Source: Candidatus Peregrinibacteria bacterium
Lineage (GTDB): Bacteria > Patescibacteriota > Gracilibacteria > UBA1369
DNA: 64,000 bases
Direction: 5' to 3'
Assembly (NCBI GenBank): GCA_003153355.1
Contig: PLYH01000003.1
Span: forward strand, 38,325 to 102,324
Program-made: the position numbers and the translations under genes
The notes under the pieces: model-generated
What the model was told of the DNA's origin: nothing
What the model saw: the letters and a program-made list of their open reading frames with translations, nothing else
Database searches by the model: none
Shown: one piece after another, positions 61,577 through 64,000 of the stretch
Position numbering within the stretch: the stretch's first letter is position 1
Layout: each line of letters opens with the position of its first letter

Positions 61577-64000
61577 ATGTTGAGTTGGGCCTTAACTAAT
61601 TTGCTGTAGAAAGCTGTGTACATTTGTCTGTCAAGAATCGTCTTCAGCAATAATGCAAACGCGTCCGACCGCTTGATTGTGGCCTGTGTCTGCAAGTTAA
61701 TGCTTATTCCCAGCGGATTGGCCAATATTCCTTCACTGGCGGCCTTAGAATAATATTTCAGGTACCATTGTTCTCCGGCATTGGTCATTCTATTGGTCTC
61801 CCTGGAAATAATTCCTTTGGCCTCACCGGTGCGCACCAACATTTTTACCGCCTCGGCAACCGTAATCGATCTGGCTGGTTCAGCATTCGTTTCCTGATTA
61901 CCGTCCAGAATTTCGTAATATTCAGCTGAATACATTACATCAACATACCAATCATTGGTGACATCTCCAGTATGTTTCGCCGGGAGATCTTTGAATTCAT
62001 ACATCGGATCGCCGAAAATTGTACTCTTTGGCAGTTGGCTGATAACCATAATTGGCAAACAGTGGGACGTCATCAATGTTTTCGCCCATTCAAGCCTGGT
62101 CATGGCACGATTCAAATCAACTATTCTGTGACCTGCATCATTTGAAAATGAGGTGTAACCGCTCAAAACAAACTGCTGCGCCCCCTTGTAGCCCTCACCG
62201 ACCAGGAAGGTTCCCTTAAGAATGTTGGCAACATCCTGGGATAACGGGGGAAGATTTGAGATATCATCAAACACAAGATTGCGATCATTGGTGTAGGCGA
62301 GACAGCCTGGAACTACTTCCTGGGTCTGTTCCTGGGTCTGTTCCTGGGTTTGTGGCGGCGCTGGCGGCGTCGGTGGTGTCGGTGGTGTTGGAGGTGTTGG
62401 AGGTGTTGGCGGTGTTGGTGGCGTTGGTCCGCAATCTGTACAGCGAAGTCTTCCAGCTCCGACAATGACGTCAGCTGAAGCACTGTTGTTCGCTGCGTTC
62501 GTATCAATCTGGTCCAATTGGAACAGTAGTGCGGTATTGGTGATGGTTGTACCTGCCGTACCGGCATTTATCGTTGCATCCATCTGGAGTGTTTCTGACT
62601 GTCCAACCGGCAAACTGCCGACCTGCCAAATTCCACTCGTCGCGTCGTAGGTACCCTTTGACGGTATACTGGAGACGTATGTTTCGGTTGCAGGCAGCAC
62701 ATCAACCAACGCTACATTTGTCGCATCAATCGGTCCGTTATTCGTTACGGTTACGGTGTAAGTCACCTGGGCCCCCTCGGTTGGCGTAGGATTCGAAACA
62801 ATTTTCGTAACTCCCAAATCGGTATCCTTTTCAACGGTCAAAGGTACGCTGCCTTGATCGTCCTCGGAAGGATTATCATTGCCCGGAGTCGAATTAGGAT
62901 CCGGCTGGTCGGAAGTTTGCACCTGCGCCGTATTCGTAATGGTGGTTCCGGCAGTTCCCGCGTTGACAGTTGCGCTGATCGCCAGAGTTTTGCTGTCGCC
63001 TTTGGCAATAGCTCCAATCGTCCAGAGGCCGGCAGCGGCATTATACGTTCCCTGGCTTGGCGTTGAAGAAACATAGGTCAAACCGGAAGGCAAGGAGTCC
63101 GCTACCGTTACATTGGTTGCGTCGCTTGGGCCGCTGTTTGTCACGGTGACCGTATAACCGATGGTATCACCTTCATGCGGTTTTGAATTATCTAAAGATT
63201 TAAATAAAGACAGATCAGCTTCGAGAGGATTCGTACTAATATAAGGATTTATATCTACGGATGCCTGATCGTCTTCAGTCGGAATACTATTGCCCGGAGT
63301 CGAATCTGGATCCGTTTGATCGGAAGTTTGTACCTGCGCCATATTCGTAATGGTGGTTCCGGAGGTCCCGGTATTCACACTGGCATTAATTTGTAAAGTT
63401 TTGCTCGCACCGTTGACGACAGTTCCAACCGTCCAGGTTCCGGTAGCGGCACTATACGTCCCCTGACTTGGCGTTGAAGAAACATAGGTCACACCCGCAG
63501 GTAAGGCGTCAGCAACGGTCACATTGGTGGCGTCATCCGGGCCGCTGTTTGTCAACGTAACCGTATAAACAATCAAACCGCCTTCCTGAGGCGTAGAATT
63601 ATTGACAGTTTTCGTTAAAGACAAATCAGCTATGGCGGGAGGAGTTAAAGGTACGGATGCCTGCGGACCATTCGGCTGTACCTTGGCTGTATTGATAATT
63701 GTGGTTCCGGCGGTTCCGGTGTTCACAGTTGCAGTAATACCCAGAGTTTTACTGGCGCCATTGGCGATAGTTCCAATCGTCCAGGTTCCGCCGCTGTATG
63801 TTCCCTGGCTCGGTGTTGAAGAAACATAAGTCAAACCGGAAGGCAATGTGTCCGTTACGGTTACATTGGTTGCGTCAGCCGGACCGCTGTTTGAAACGGT
63901 AACCAAATAATTGATTGTGCCTCCTTCGTTAGGCGTAGCGTTATCGACAGTTTTCGTGATCGACAAACTTGATGTAATCGGATTGATATCCACCGATGCC
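61573..64000 (-). CDS. DUF11-repeat surface protein with degenerate SLH-like C-terminus (5' part outside the window)
   Basis: Four repeats like DLSLTKTV…YTVTVTNSGP.DATNV.V.D.LP, (PTP)n and QEQT repeats; frame open to the window edge. Confidence 0.88.
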   Translation of the reverse strand, partial: ASVDINPITSSLSITKTVDNATPNEGGTINYLVTVSNSGPADATNVTVTDTLPSGLTYVSSTPSQGTYSGGTWTIGTIANGASKTLGITATVNTGTAGTTIINTAKVQPNGPQASVPLTPPAIADLSLTKTVNNSTPQEGGLIVYTVTLTNSGPDDATNVTVADALPAGVTYVSSTPSQGTYSAATGTWTVGTVVNGASKTLQINASVNTGTSGTTITNMAQVQTSDQTDPDSTPGNSIPTEDDQASVDINPYISTNPLEADLSLFKSLDNSKPHEGDTIGYTVTVTNSGPSDATNVTVADSLPSGLTYVSSTPSQGTYNAAAGLWTIGAIAKGDSKTLAISATVNAGTAGTTITNTAQVQTSDQPDPNSTPGNDNPSEDDQGSVPLTVEKDTDLGVTKIVSNPTPTEGAQVTYTVTVTNNGPIDATNVALVDVLPATETYVSSIPSKGTYDATSGIWQVGSLPVGQSETLQMDATINAGTAGTTITNTALLFQLDQIDTNAANNSASADVIVGAGRLRCTDCGPTPPTPPTPPTPPTPPTPPTPPAPPQTQEQTQEQTQEVVPGCLAYTNDRNLVFDDISNLPPLSQDVANILKGTFLVGEGYKGAQQFVLSGYTSFSNDAGHRIVDLNRAMTRLEWAKTLMTSHCLPIMVISQLPKSTIFGDPMYEFKDLPAKHTGDVTNDWYVDVMYSAEYYEILDGNQETNAEPARSITVAEAVKMLVRTGEAKGIISRETNRMTNAGEQWYLKYYSKAASEGILANPLGISINLQTQATIKRSDAFALLLKTILDRQMYTAFYSKLVKAQLNI

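Overview
This window looks like chromosomal DNA of a CPR/Patescibacteria bacterium, probably Peregrinibacteria-like. That is inferred from A/T-rich starts without Shine-Dalgarno sites, many SLH proteins, a type IV pilus cluster with no secretin in the window, and TGA used as stop (code 11). Housekeeping genes include malic enzyme, GDPD, yebC, a DHH phosphoesterase, sua5, recJ, miaA, L10 leader-rplJ-rplL, uvrA, prsW, recF and thrS. The centre holds a pilN-like/pilO-like/pilB/pilC/pilin cluster. It is followed by a 16.8-kb gene for a 5609-aa multidomain surface protein and four tightly linked exported proteins that all end in cysteines, a candidate undescribed attachment or contact apparatus. 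Other notable items: (1) a 720-aa orphan with a divergent RelA/SpoT-type synthetase domain that shares a near-identical promoter with a 998-aa orphan; (2) an islet after thrS with two 132-aa orphan ORFs, each preceded by a hairpin/boxA-like/hairpin-GGGTGTGGTT leader; (3) a 10-bp phased repeat array upstream of an Xis/BldC-like HTH gene; (4) a relic alternative 3' end of an SLH gene; (5) apparent in-frame GC-rich inserts in two conserved genes; (6) three tandem micro-lipoproteins. I saw no rRNA, tRNA, CRISPR array, integrase or transposase. All family calls come from motif recognition by eye; no searches were run.
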